Positions 26,790 through 36,848 of a stretch of DNA of 64,000 nt are shown here, one piece after another. The position numbers and the translations under genes were made by a program. Source of the stretch: a virus (lineage: Duplodnaviria; Caudoviricetes); the IMG/VR virus record IMGVR_UViG_3300029319_000001. One strand, 5' to 3'. The notes under the pieces were generated by a model. That model saw only the letters and a program-made list of their open reading frames with translations. It did no database searches and had not been told where the DNA came from. Every line of letters begins with the position of its first letter. The first letter of the stretch is position 1.

Positions 26790-28564
26790 TGTCGGTACAA
26801 GCAAGTAAAGTATTTCCAAAATCTAGTAGAACTGATAGACAACGAGCATCTACTGATAGGGATTTTGCTGGAAATTCTAAGGAGGATTCAAAAGCATTTA
26901 TAGGACTTAGTAAAAATCTTTTTGCGATTCATAAGAATTTAGGAGCAATTGCTGATTTACTGCAAACACAAGCATTAAATGAGAAAAAAGAAGATGATGC
27001 AGAATTAAAAAAACAACAGAGAGACGAAGATGCAAGGCAAAAATCTGGGGCAGAAAAAGCACTTGAAGGGGTTTTAACTAATGCAGTACTAAAACCGATA
27101 CAGAAGATGAAGGACACTACGGCAGGTATATTTGAACGACTAGTCAAAGTGCTTGGTGCATTGGGTTTAGGTACGATTGCTGTGAAAGGTCTAAAAGGTA
27201 TAGAAGCTTGGATGGAGGGAGATAAAAGTATTCTTGAGCAATTAGAAAAAGATATTAAAACAATATTAGGTGTAGCTGCTGGAGTATTTCTTGCAATTAA
27301 TGTTGGATTACCACTTATTTCATCTGCAATAGGAACTGTAATAGGTAGTATTGGAGTGGGTGGAGCATTTAAAGGAGTGTTAGCATTACTAGGAAATCCT
27401 TATGTTTGGTTAGGAATTATTGCTGCTGTAGGTATAGCATATACAGGAACAGAACTTTATAAGTTTTTAAAAGGTGAATATGGTCCTGATGGAGAAGGTA
27501 TTGGATCTTACGCTCCTATTAACCAAGAAGCAATTGCAGAAATTCAAGAAGTTGGTATGGAACAATACCGAATAAATGAGAGAAACCGAATTGATAATTT
27601 ACTTCAAGCAGATCCAAGTTTGGTAAATGAAAAAACTGGTGAGATGAAAAATGATGCTGAACTCGCAATTATGAGCATGACCAATGATAATGCAAAATTA
27701 TTAATGGCTTATAATAATAGACTCAGGATGTCTCATACTGGTAATTGGGATCAATGGGATCCTAAAAATATGTCTGAAAAGGATACGCAGTTATTCAATA
27801 CTATTCCAAAACTCATTGAAAATTTTAGAAGTGAATGGTCTAAGTTTTATTCACTAGCACAGGAAATAACTGCATTAATGGATGGTGCAAGAACCTTTGA
27901 AGAGGTACCTGATAATATAATGACAAAAATTGATGCAATGATGGTTGAGCAACAACTTCACAAGGATAATATGATTAAGTATCTCGATGCTGTTAAAGCA
28001 TCAAGAAAGAAGATGTCAAATGATGGTAAAAATTATCTAGATGCTATTTTAAGAAAAAATGATATGGGTAATTTACTTTATAATGCTGATTGGTGGGGTA
28101 AAATGGTAATGCCAGGTCCTATTCTAGATGCAGTTCAAGTTAAAGAAGGTCTTACACCAGGATTAAGAAAATTAGCAATCAATACTTTTAATAATCTAGG
28201 TGAAATGAATACAGATCTTGTTGAAGACATAGAAAGAATGCCAGAAGGAAATCCAGTATTAATGGGTGAAGATACTAATTCTCTTTCTCAAAATAATGAA
28301 AATTCTGATCTAGATATTTCCTCAAGTGCTAATGCTTTTACGAATGAAAATTTGTCATTAGCAAATCAAATTAGCGATTATGATGCTTTTAATGAGAAAT
28401 TCAATATAGTTCCATTTGATATTAGTCAGGATGATGCTAATGTTGATTCTGATATAACTTCCACTAGTTTCTTTGCTGAAACAGATTTACCAGCTTTTTC
28501 AATTTTTGATAATGATAATTTTTATAGAGATTTGGCTCAAAGTAATTATGGAGTCTATGACTAA
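26789..28564 (+). CDS. Tape-measure-like protein (gp29 position)
   Basis: Coiled-coil N-terminus with Gly/Ala hydrophobic segments, directly after gp26/gp51. Confidence 0.55.
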   Translation: MSVQASKVFPKSSRTDRQRASTDRDFAGNSKEDSKAFIGLSKNLFAIHKNLGAIADLLQTQALNEKKEDDAELKKQQRDEDARQKSGAEKALEGVLTNAVLKPIQKMKDTTAGIFERLVKVLGALGLGTIAVKGLKGIEAWMEGDKSILEQLEKDIKTILGVAAGVFLAINVGLPLISSAIGTVIGSIGVGGAFKGVLALLGNPYVWLGIIAAVGIAYTGTELYKFLKGEYGPDGEGIGSYAPINQEAIAEIQEVGMEQYRINERNRIDNLLQADPSLVNEKTGEMKNDAELAIMSMTNDNAKLLMAYNNRLRMSHTGNWDQWDPKNMSEKDTQLFNTIPKLIENFRSEWSKFYSLAQEITALMDGARTFEEVPDNIMTKIDAMMVEQQLHKDNMIKYLDAVKASRKKMSNDGKNYLDAILRKNDMGNLLYNADWWGKMVMPGPILDAVQVKEGLTPGLRKLAINTFNNLGEMNTDLVEDIERMPEGNPVLMGEDTNSLSQNNENSDLDISSSANAFTNENLSLANQISDYDAFNEKFNIVPFDISQDDANVDSDITSTSFFAETDLPAFSIFDNDNFYRDLAQSNYGVYD

Positions 28565-30063
28565 TGGCAACTTTAATGCCTACTAAGGATCAAGCACTAG
28601 AAATTGGTGCTGGCATTCTTGCTATCAGAGAGACAACTCAAGGTATTCGTAAATCTTTAGGAAAGGAAGTTAAAAGAGATAAAGCCGCATCTAAGAAGAA
28701 ACAAGGATTTCTCCGAAGAATGTTTGCGAGGAAAAAGAAGGCAGATGCAGAGAAAATGATTGAAGCAAAGAAGAAGAAAAATTTTATGGGAAAAGGAGTA
28801 ACAGCTGTTGCAGCTGCAGGTAAATCTTTCGTGGAAAGACTATTTGGTGCTGCTGGTGCATTATTAGTTGGATTTCTTGTTGTTAATTTACCAAAAATTA
28901 TTGAAGAAGTAAAAAAAATTGTTGAGTGGTTACAAAGTGTAAAAGATTGGGTAGATAATTTTGTTGATAAAGTAACAGAAGTTAGTGATGTAATTATAAA
29001 CACAGTTAAAGAATGGATATCCAATATAAAAGAAATGTTTGGGTTTGAAGAGAAGAAAGATGAGATTGAGAAACAGATGGAAGAGGGTAAAAAAGTTGCT
29101 GAGACATTAGAAAAAGATTGGAATGCAGATCAAGAAAGAATTAAAAAAGATATAGAAGAAGCAAAAAGAGAAGGTGAAAGGATAGTTGATGGTTTACCAA
29201 AATCTGATCAAGAGGTTGTTGAAGAATCTAATGCAAGAGTTAATGAAATAAAAGCTTTACAAGAGCAAAGAGATTCGGGAAAAATAACACAACAACAATA
29301 TGAAGCAGAGGTTGATAAGTTGTATGAAAATGAGAATATTGGTGATTCTAAAGAGTCACAAATATTAAGTAACCAAATTGATAGAAACGAATTAAGTCCT
29401 TCTGAATTTTTTGGTACTAATCAATATGGTGATGATAGTACTGGTGAAGGAGAAGAAGAAATCAATACTGATCTTGAAAAACTTGATGATAATGTAAATT
29501 TAGAGGGAACCAACACAAATGAGAATAAAGATCTCTCTTTACAGAATAATGGAGGAGTTAATTTTGTCAGCACTAATAACTCAGGCACAGAAAATGGGGA
29601 AGAACAACCAAAAGAAGTAGTATATCACAAACCTGGTATGAGTATGAAATTTTCACCACCAGGTATAGGAGTTGATGGACTAACCAAAGAAGAAGCAAAA
29701 ACAAGATTTCTAGAACTTCATAATAAACATCCTGACTTAAATTTTGATGAAGAACATGAATATCAAGCACTTGAGATAGTTCTTCATGATAAATTTAATG
29801 TCAATACAACTTCTTTACAAGTTGAGGGTCCCGCAGACTTTATAAAGTCAATAAAAGCTAGATATCCCAATGATGAGATGAATCTAATATCACCAACTGG
29901 CGGTAAAACTATTGTTGTTCCTGTTGATACCTCCCAAAGCGGAATAAATAAAAATGGAACAAAAGTAATTTCTAGTGGTAGTGAAGAGGGTACAACTGCA
30001 GTCGTTGAAATTTCAGCAAACCCAATAAAGAAAATTAATCAGTTCAATAGACACTTTGTATAA
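28564..30063 (+). CDS. Second long coiled-coil tail/baseplate protein
   Basis: K/E-rich helical repeats, hydrophobic segment, acidic low-complexity middle. Confidence 0.5.
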   Translation: MATLMPTKDQALEIGAGILAIRETTQGIRKSLGKEVKRDKAASKKKQGFLRRMFARKKKADAEKMIEAKKKKNFMGKGVTAVAAAGKSFVERLFGAAGALLVGFLVVNLPKIIEEVKKIVEWLQSVKDWVDNFVDKVTEVSDVIINTVKEWISNIKEMFGFEEKKDEIEKQMEEGKKVAETLEKDWNADQERIKKDIEEAKREGERIVDGLPKSDQEVVEESNARVNEIKALQEQRDSGKITQQQYEAEVDKLYENENIGDSKESQILSNQIDRNELSPSEFFGTNQYGDDSTGEGEEEINTDLEKLDDNVNLEGTNTNENKDLSLQNNGGVNFVSTNNSGTENGEEQPKEVVYHKPGMSMKFSPPGIGVDGLTKEEAKTRFLELHNKHPDLNFDEEHEYQALEIVLHDKFNVNTTSLQVEGPADFIKSIKARYPNDEMNLISPTGGKTIVVPVDTSQSGINKNGTKVISSGSEEGTTAVVEISANPIKKINQFNRHFV

Positions 30064-31367
30064 TGGCAATATCACCAACTGCTGCTTCTACCTTTGAAGA
30101 AATCACTATAACTTCGTCTAACGGTGAAAAAACTGTTAGTTTAATTGGTGGTGTTACTAGATTGCAGTATTTTGAGACTTTAATGTCTCCAATGTGTACT
30201 GCTAAAGTAGAGGTAGTTAATACAGGTAATACTATTGATGGTCAATCATTATATAATGGTTTACCTATTCGTGGTGGAGAAAGAGTATATTTTAAAATAA
30301 AGACTCCTGTTGAGGCAGAGGCAGAACAAGAAGAACATCTTGAGAGTGTTTTGTATGTCAATAAAGTAACTGATGTTGTATCTGACAAAGCAACTGAAGT
30401 TTTTACTTTACATCTTGTTTCTAGAGAAGCTCTTAGCAATGAACAAAGTAGAGTAACTAGAAAATTCTACGGACAAACTATAGATAAGAGCATTGGTGAA
30501 ATTGTTAAGTTAGTAGAACCTTTAAAACAAGAACCATTTGAGGAAACTGAAAACATTTATAATTTTATTGGTAATTTAAGAAAACCTTTTACACTTATAT
30601 TATGGTTAGCATCTAAAGCAATTCCTGTAGGAGCAACAAGTAGGAGTGCTGGATTTTTCTTTTGGCAAACTAGAAAAGGATTTCATTTTAGATCAGTTGA
30701 AGATATGATAAAAAAAGCAGTAGAGGGAAAAGATAACTTACAAAAATATTATTATTCTCAAACAGTAGATCCTTCTCTTGAAGATTCCCTTCAAAATGCT
30801 ACAAAAATTTTAGCATTTTCAGTTAGAGAAGATTCTGATGTTCTTACTGATTTGAATAGTGGTGTTAAATCTACATATAGAATATTTTTTAATCCAGTTA
30901 CTTTTGAGTTTACTCAACCACAAAATTCTGTATTTAGAGAAAAACCAGCATCAAGTTTAGGAGTTCCTGAAGAGGAAGAACCTAAGGTTGCTGATCCAGA
31001 AAACATTCCAGCCAACATGATGGCTTCTAGAATCATTACTTCAGTATATGATGTAGGAACCTTAGAAGTTGGTATATCTACAGATGTTAATTATGATCCT
31101 GTTGATAGCACATCACAGGCTATTACAAGATATGGTATGCTATTCAACACACAATTAACTTTGACAGTACCCACTAACACCAATTTAGTTGCTGGTGATG
31201 CTATAATGGTATTCTTCCCTAAGACAACTGATGAAGAAACTGTGATGGACGATAGGATGAGTGGAATATATATTATAAAGGATCTCACTCATTTATTCCT
31301 ACCTAACTCATCTTATACAGCATTAAAAGTCGTTAGAGATTCACACGGTCTTTACCCACAACAATAA
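30063..31367 (+). CDS. Baseplate hub-like structural protein (gp27-like)
   Basis: YFETLMSP, FFFWQT.KGFHF.S, VP.N.NL.AGD, SG.YII..L.H; upstream of gp5. Confidence 0.55.
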   Translation: MAISPTAASTFEEITITSSNGEKTVSLIGGVTRLQYFETLMSPMCTAKVEVVNTGNTIDGQSLYNGLPIRGGERVYFKIKTPVEAEAEQEEHLESVLYVNKVTDVVSDKATEVFTLHLVSREALSNEQSRVTRKFYGQTIDKSIGEIVKLVEPLKQEPFEETENIYNFIGNLRKPFTLILWLASKAIPVGATSRSAGFFFWQTRKGFHFRSVEDMIKKAVEGKDNLQKYYYSQTVDPSLEDSLQNATKILAFSVREDSDVLTDLNSGVKSTYRIFFNPVTFEFTQPQNSVFREKPASSLGVPEEEEPKVADPENIPANMMASRIITSVYDVGTLEVGISTDVNYDPVDSTSQAITRYGMLFNTQLTLTVPTNTNLVAGDAIMVFFPKTTDEETVMDDRMSGIYIIKDLTHLFLPNSSYTALKVVRDSHGLYPQQ

Positions 31368-31369
31368 CT

Positions 31370-31636
31370 ATGACTACTAAAATTCCAAATCAAGATTTAA
31401 ACCATGCAAATATTGATCCTAAAGATGGAAAAGAACATGTAAATCATGGTATAATAGAATATACTGAAGCAGACCTCAAGATGCATAATGATGCATTCCA
31501 TGATCACACAGAAGATGAAGTAGTACCTAATGATGGTAAGATTAATGATTGGCACACTCGTCATGAAGATAAGCATCTAGAGATATATTGTGATAATCAT
31601 CCTGATTCATTTGAATGTAGAGTATACGACGACTAA
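31370..31636 (+). CDS. cp12: CP12-like protein
   Basis: C-terminal LEIYCDNHPDSFECRVYDD, the CP12 Cys-pair motif. Confidence 0.8.
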   Translation: MTTKIPNQDLNHANIDPKDGKEHVNHGIIEYTEADLKMHNDAFHDHTEDEVVPNDGKINDWHTRHEDKHLEIYCDNHPDSFECRVYDD

Positions 31637-33744
31637 TGATAGACGCATCGATTTTAGGTAATAGTCAATTTTTAGGTAGAGACGGATTCCGTTGGTGGGT
31701 CGGTCAGATACCTCCTCTTGATGCACAGGAAGATCAATTAGCAATTGGAGAGGGAGTAGGAAATAGAGTCAAAGTAAGGATTATGGGATATCATCCTTTT
31801 AATGAGGATATCTCTAACGAAGATCTTCCATATGCACAAGTTTTACTTCCTACAACTGCTGGTAGTGGTGGAGCACAATTTGCTAACTCAGTTAAATTAC
31901 AACAGGGTGATACTGTATTTGGATTTTTCTTAGATGGTGATGCTGCTCAACTTCCATTAATTATTGGACATTTTGGTAGAACATCGCTAGTAAATAATGA
32001 TGACTATAGTACACCATTTTCTCCTTTTACAGGATTAACTGAGTATACACCTACTAATGCTAGAAACCCTACGAGTGAAACAAACGAAAATAATAAAAAG
32101 TCACAACCACCACCAAGTAGTTCTACTGACTCTTCTTTAACAGATGCAGTAGGTACTGGTGTTAAGGTAATGGTTGCTGATACTTGTAAGAGTAATCCTA
32201 TCTCAGAGATGGCAAATACTGTTGAGAATTTGGGATTGAAAATTCAGCAGTTATCTTTAGCTGGATCTAGTTTAGACCTTGAACTTAAATCTGCTTCTGA
32301 TCTGATTGAACTGCAAGCAAATAAATTTGTTGGTACTATGTTTACCAAACTCTTTGATAAACTAGAGAGTGTTGGTTCTCAAGGATTAGAAAAATTATAT
32401 AAACGAGTCTACCGAATAGTATTTGCAGTAACAAAATCTAGTAATGCTGCCCATAGAGCAGGAGTTGCAGCACAAACTGCTATGGTTCCTCCTACATCAT
32501 TTTTACAAGAATCAATTGGTTGCGTTGCCAATAAAGTAGTTGAAGGATTAGGTGGTACGATTGAAGATTTATTGAAAGGATTTATAGATGAAGGAAGAGA
32601 CTATGCTGGATGTATGGGTGCTCAGTTTACTGGGGCATTTTTAAATGTAATTACAGATAGAATTGATAGTTTAATGTCAGGACCTTTATCTGCAGTAGCA
32701 AAAATTGTCGCACCAGGATTTAAGGTTGCAGATTTCTTATTAAGTGCTGCTGGTAACCTTGAGGATGTTGCTGCATTCCTTGATTGTAATCAGACTAACA
32801 AAGGTAAGTGCCCTGCAGATAAGCAATATGTTGTCGGTGGTACTAGTGAAGAGAAAGGAGACGATCCTTTTTCATATGTTATAAATGCAATGAATATATC
32901 TAGGGGTGCTGCTGATATGACTAATGCTTTTGAAAAGAAATGGGGTAAGTGGGATATATTTGGTGATGGTAGTTTATTAGAAGATAGTGGTAGTGGTACG
33001 ATTCCTGGTGGTTGTTATGGTGGTGAAAAGAGTAATTGTACAGGACCTTATATTGAAATATATGGTGGTGGTGGATCTGGTGGTGTTGCTAAACCTATCC
33101 TTGGTAATTTTATAGACAATACACCTGGATTAAGAAAGTTAGTTGGTGGAGTACAACGAACTGCAAGTATTTTAGGTGCTAAAATAAACAATGCTGGTTC
33201 TGGATATCGTTATCCTCCTATAGTTAATTTTAGAGACAAATGTAATATAGGATATGGTGCTGTTGGTCATGCTATTCTCAATGATGAGGGTGGTATAAAA
33301 GCTATTATTATGGAATCTACTGGAGAAAATTATCCTGCACAGTTAGATGAAGATACACAATCAAACTTAGGAATTACTACGATTCAAGTAGAAGCTGGTG
33401 GACGAGGATATCTACCAACAGATCCTATTATACTTCCTGGTATTAGTACATCTGGTAATGCATTCACAGAGGTTCCTCCAGTTGTTGTTACTGGTGTTGA
33501 AGGAGCTCCACTAGACTCTGTTGTTACTTCACCTGGATTTGGTAAAACTACACCTATATACGAAACTGTCGTAGAAAATGGAACTATAACTGCTGTTAAG
33601 GTTCTAAATATATTGAGGTTTGATGAGACACTTCCTACTCTTATAGTTAAGAGTAAAACTGGTATCGGTGCTAGATTAAAACCTCTGTTTGGTGAAATTA
33701 CCGATACTCAAGTTGGTATTATATCCGCAATCGACTGTATCTAA
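31636..33744 (+). CDS. gp5: Baseplate hub/spike protein gp5 (OB-fold N-terminus; no lysozyme motif seen)
   Basis: WWVGQI, RVKVRIMGYH, LP.AQVLLPT, GDTVFGFFLDG..AQ.P.I.G. Confidence 0.8.
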   Translation: MIDASILGNSQFLGRDGFRWWVGQIPPLDAQEDQLAIGEGVGNRVKVRIMGYHPFNEDISNEDLPYAQVLLPTTAGSGGAQFANSVKLQQGDTVFGFFLDGDAAQLPLIIGHFGRTSLVNNDDYSTPFSPFTGLTEYTPTNARNPTSETNENNKKSQPPPSSSTDSSLTDAVGTGVKVMVADTCKSNPISEMANTVENLGLKIQQLSLAGSSLDLELKSASDLIELQANKFVGTMFTKLFDKLESVGSQGLEKLYKRVYRIVFAVTKSSNAAHRAGVAAQTAMVPPTSFLQESIGCVANKVVEGLGGTIEDLLKGFIDEGRDYAGCMGAQFTGAFLNVITDRIDSLMSGPLSAVAKIVAPGFKVADFLLSAAGNLEDVAAFLDCNQTNKGKCPADKQYVVGGTSEEKGDDPFSYVINAMNISRGAADMTNAFEKKWGKWDIFGDGSLLEDSGSGTIPGGCYGGEKSNCTGPYIEIYGGGGSGGVAKPILGNFIDNTPGLRKLVGGVQRTASILGAKINNAGSGYRYPPIVNFRDKCNIGYGAVGHAILNDEGGIKAIIMESTGENYPAQLDEDTQSNLGITTIQVEAGGRGYLPTDPIILPGISTSGNAFTEVPPVVVTGVEGAPLDSVVTSPGFGKTTPIYETVVENGTITAVKVLNILRFDETLPTLIVKSKTGIGARLKPLFGEITDTQVGIISAIDCI

Positions 33745-34427
33745 TGTCTGAACAAAAGAAAAATTACGCTAGAAGAGTTATTGACTGTAGAGGTCCACAT
33801 TTCAGGATTGATAGTGGACATCCTCAAGTTGGTGCTTCTGGTGCAGAAGTTTTTAAAATATATGCTACAAATGATAATGATGATGTATTTTTAATAGATC
33901 ATACTCAAGGTGGGTTGTCTAGAATTTATGCTGACAGAACATTAGAAGTTAGAGCTGGTGATAAGAATACACCTGGCAAAATTGATATTAGAGTAAGTGC
34001 TGCTGCTGGTAATGTTACTGTTAATGCTGATAATGGCTTATTAAGTTGCTCAGGTAAAAATGTTATGGTTAAAGCAACTCAAGACCTTGATTTAAACGGA
34101 GGAAGAAATGTTAATATTACTGCAGGATCTGGTAGGGTTCATTTAAAAGGAAATACTTGTTCTGCATCAGGAAAAAGAGGTAACTTAATTCATAAATCTT
34201 TTGGTCTTAATATGTTTGCAGGTTCTTATGTTCCTAACAATGTTCTTCAAGCAGCGTTTGGTGCTGATGCCTCAAAGACTATATTAGCTACAGGTGAAGC
34301 TGCATTTGCATCTGCTGCTACTGGTGGATTTGGTGGATATCTTGCTGATTCTGTATTATCCAGTACTGGACTTGGTGGTGCTGCAGGTGGAAAAATTTCT
34401 AAAGAATTAGGAGGATTGTTTAGTTAA
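33744..34427 (+). CDS. gp5 C-terminal-like beta-helix protein
   Basis: Short beta repeats NVTVNA / NVMVKA / NVNITA. Confidence 0.5.
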   Translation: MSEQKKNYARRVIDCRGPHFRIDSGHPQVGASGAEVFKIYATNDNDDVFLIDHTQGGLSRIYADRTLEVRAGDKNTPGKIDIRVSAAAGNVTVNADNGLLSCSGKNVMVKATQDLDLNGGRNVNITAGSGRVHLKGNTCSASGKRGNLIHKSFGLNMFAGSYVPNNVLQAAFGADASKTILATGEAAFASAATGGFGGYLADSVLSSTGLGGAAGGKISKELGGLFS

Positions 34428-34429
34428 TT

Positions 34430-34735
34430 ATGGGATATACTAAATCCAAAGATGGCACAGAAAAAACTGTACTAGGTGGTTCAGTTGAATTTCCTGATGA
34501 GACTAGTTTTCTTTCTGATACAAAATTTGAGGGTGATCTCAATGTTGATGGTAATCTAAATGTATCTGGTAAAGCTACCATAACTGGTGATGTAATTGTA
34601 GAAGGATCGTTAGAGGTACAAGGAACTTTAAAAATAAAAATAGGTGGTCAGACATTTACTATATCTGGAACTAAATTAACAGGAACTACAGGTAATGCAC
34701 TCTTACCTACAGATAGGGTGTTAACAGTCTCATAG
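34430..34735 (+). CDS. Small beta-helix spike-like protein
   Basis: GDLNVDGNLNVSGKATITGDVIVEGSLEVQG hexapeptide repeats. Confidence 0.5.
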   Translation: MGYTKSKDGTEKTVLGGSVEFPDETSFLSDTKFEGDLNVDGNLNVSGKATITGDVIVEGSLEVQGTLKIKIGGQTFTISGTKLTGTTGNALLPTDRVLTVS

Positions 34736-34737
34736 TA

Positions 34738-34893
34738 ATGCTTCGTTTACTTAAGAATCCACTTGTTCTGATCAATGTCATGTTGATCGGATTTTTTATA
34801 TTTGTAGAGACAATGCATGTTAATTATCATAGGGGGTTGACACAGTGTGAGGAGTCTGCTATTATAAAAGAGTTGGACGCAACATGGGAGTGA
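34738..34893 (+). CDS. 51-aa membrane peptide overlapping the downstream promoter
   Basis: MLRLLKNPLVLINVMLIGFFIFVETMHVNYH. Confidence 0.45.
   Translation: MLRLLKNPLVLINVMLIGFFIFVETMHVNYHRGLTQCEESAIIKELDATWE
34837..34865 (+). promoter_or_regulatory. sigma70 promoter
   Basis: TTGACA-N17-TATTAT. Confidence 0.8.
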
Positions 34894-35058
34894 CTGAATA
34901 AACTTACTGGCAACTGCTGGTTAAGGTGATGAGACACAGGTGGTGCTGCTCCGAAAGGAGAACCGATCAACCAATCGGGTCTCAGGCAAGAATGTTTTTA
35001 CTACTGTAGTAATGCCCATTCTTTGTTGGTACACAGGAATCCAACCTCCCTCCTTTTT
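34872..35058 (+). ncRNA. Multi-stem structured RNA, probably the manA motif
   Basis: GGGAG/CTCCC, GAGAC/GTCTC, CTCC-GAAA-GGAG, CCGAT/ATCGG, AAGAATG/CATTCTT and GTTGG/CCAAC stems; family name recalled, not searched. Confidence 0.6.
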
Positions 35059-35073
35059 ATCATGTGATTTATT

Positions 35074-35271
35074 ATGACCGAAGAATTCGTTGAAAAAGTT
35101 GTTGTAGATGTATGCTCTCGTAGAGTATGTTGCGTCTCTAGTAAGGGAGATAGAAGGATACTTGAAAGTGAAACTTTCACAGAATTTATGAATGTGTTGA
35201 ATTTTGTTAGAACAACACTAGATGAAGATGAAATCGTATATACAGAAATATTAGTAGATGAAGACAGATAG
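35074..35271 (+). CDS. Hypothetical protein
   Basis: VVVDVCSRR...F.EFMNVL.F. Confidence 0.6.
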   Translation: MTEEFVEKVVVDVCSRRVCCVSSKGDRRILESETFTEFMNVLNFVRTTLDEDEIVYTEILVDEDR

Positions 35272-35530
35272 ACTAATTGTTGTCGCTAGAATGATAGGGA
35301 CATATGGTATAATATTAGGATATTTTGTTACATTGCATGTAAGCACTCTTTTTGGTGCTATGCTTAATGTAGTCTTTGAACTACTTGCCTTACCGTTCTA
35401 TATAAAGAACAAAATGTGGGATGTAGTAATTTGTTTTTCATTCCTATTATCAATAGGAATTAGTAAAATTATTATGGGGTTTGATCCTCAGTTCCAATTT
35501 ATAAAAATCGCTATGGGGTTACACGCATGA
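35258..35530 (+). CDS. Small membrane protein
   Basis: Three hydrophobic segments. Confidence 0.55.
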   Translation: MKTDRLIVVARMIGTYGIILGYFVTLHVSTLFGAMLNVVFELLALPFYIKNKMWDVVICFSFLLSIGISKIIMGFDPQFQFIKIAMGLHA

Positions 35531-36180
35531 AAATCTTTTTAGATACTGCTGATACAGCAACAATTACTAAGTATTACGCTACTGGACTTATTGATGGTAT
35601 AACTACAAATCCAACTCTTATTATGAAGAGTGGTCGTAATCCAGAAGATGTGTATCAAGAACTCATAGACTTGGGGATAGAAGATATTAGTATGGAGGTC
35701 GTTGGTAATAGAAAAGAAATGTGGGAAGAGGGTCTAAGACTTTCTAAAAAATTTGGTAAGCAAGCAACTATCAAAGTTCCTTGTACACCTGATGGTCTTG
35801 CTGTATGTAAAGAGTTATCTAGACAATTAATAGCGGTCAATGTCACATTAATATTTGATGAAGCACAAGCAATATTAGCAGCAAAAGCAGGAGCAAGATA
35901 TGTATCTCCTTTCGTTGGTAGACTTGATGATAATTCAATTGCTGGATTAGACTTAATCAAAAGAATATCTAACATATATAATATTCAAAATGTAAAATGC
36001 ACAGAAATCCTTTCTGCTTCGATTAGATATGTAAATAGCGTATCTCAATCATTTGCTAATGGTGCTCATGTGGTTACAATGCCACCTGCAGTATTTGACA
36101 AGATGTATAATCATGTACTAACTGATAAAGGATTACAGTTGTTTGATGAAGACTGGAAATCGGTACAGAAAAATGTCTAG
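35527..36180 (+). CDS. talC: Transaldolase (TalC/FSA family)
   Basis: FLDTAD, GITTNPTL, IKVP (Schiff-base Lys), NVTLIF, YVSPFVGRLDD, ILSASIR. Confidence 0.96.
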   Translation: MKIFLDTADTATITKYYATGLIDGITTNPTLIMKSGRNPEDVYQELIDLGIEDISMEVVGNRKEMWEEGLRLSKKFGKQATIKVPCTPDGLAVCKELSRQLIAVNVTLIFDEAQAILAAKAGARYVSPFVGRLDDNSIAGLDLIKRISNIYNIQNVKCTEILSASIRYVNSVSQSFANGAHVVTMPPAVFDKMYNHVLTDKGLQLFDEDWKSVQKNV

Positions 36181-36364
36181 AGACGATCATCCTCGTATAG
36201 ATGTTGAAGAACATCCTGAGGATTATTTTACCATCACAGCAGATGGATTTGTTTGGCCATTACAAAATGGTATTGTAGGTGCTGACGAACCTATCTTTCA
36301 CAAGTCTGAATTAGATGAAGTGTTAGAAAGGATGTATAGAACAAATAATAATGAAGGTAGTTGA
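36174..36364 (+). CDS. Hypothetical protein
   Basis: ORF bridging talC and the oxygenase gene. Confidence 0.45.
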
Positions 36365-36848
36365 TGACTTTCTACCCAAGAAAGATCATGAAAGAGTAGT
36401 AGATTTACTCCAGAATGTTCTTCCTTGGTTTTATAATGATGTCGTTGTTAGTCCGTTAGATCATGATGATCCTGACAAATATCAGATGGTAAGTCCTATA
36501 TGGGCAGAGGGTGGATTTCATAATGAGGTTTGTCTTACTCCAGAGATTGCTGATATTTTTGCCCCTAGGTTAAAAGTACAATCTTGGGTTAGAATTAAAG
36601 CAAATTTTTCACCCAAGAATACAAGAATTATAGAACAAGATTTACATCGTGATGGGAGTTTCGGTGATTACACTGCTGTCTATTATATCAATGATTGCAA
36701 CGGTTATACATACTTTGAGGATGGTTATAAGGTGAAAAGTGTTGCTAATCGCATAGTAATTTTTCCTAGAGATACTAAGCATAGCGGTACTACATCTTCC
36801 GACTCTTACAGACAAGTTATTAATTTTAATTATTACGGTTATGATTAG
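36351..36848 (+). CDS. 2OG-Fe(II) oxygenase
   Basis: RIKAN, LHRD, AVYYIN..NG.T, NR.VIF....KHSG, R.VINFNY. Confidence 0.8.
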   Translation: MKVVDDFLPKKDHERVVDLLQNVLPWFYNDVVVSPLDHDDPDKYQMVSPIWAEGGFHNEVCLTPEIADIFAPRLKVQSWVRIKANFSPKNTRIIEQDLHRDGSFGDYTAVYYINDCNGYTYFEDGYKVKSVANRIVIFPRDTKHSGTTSSDSYRQVINFNYYGYD

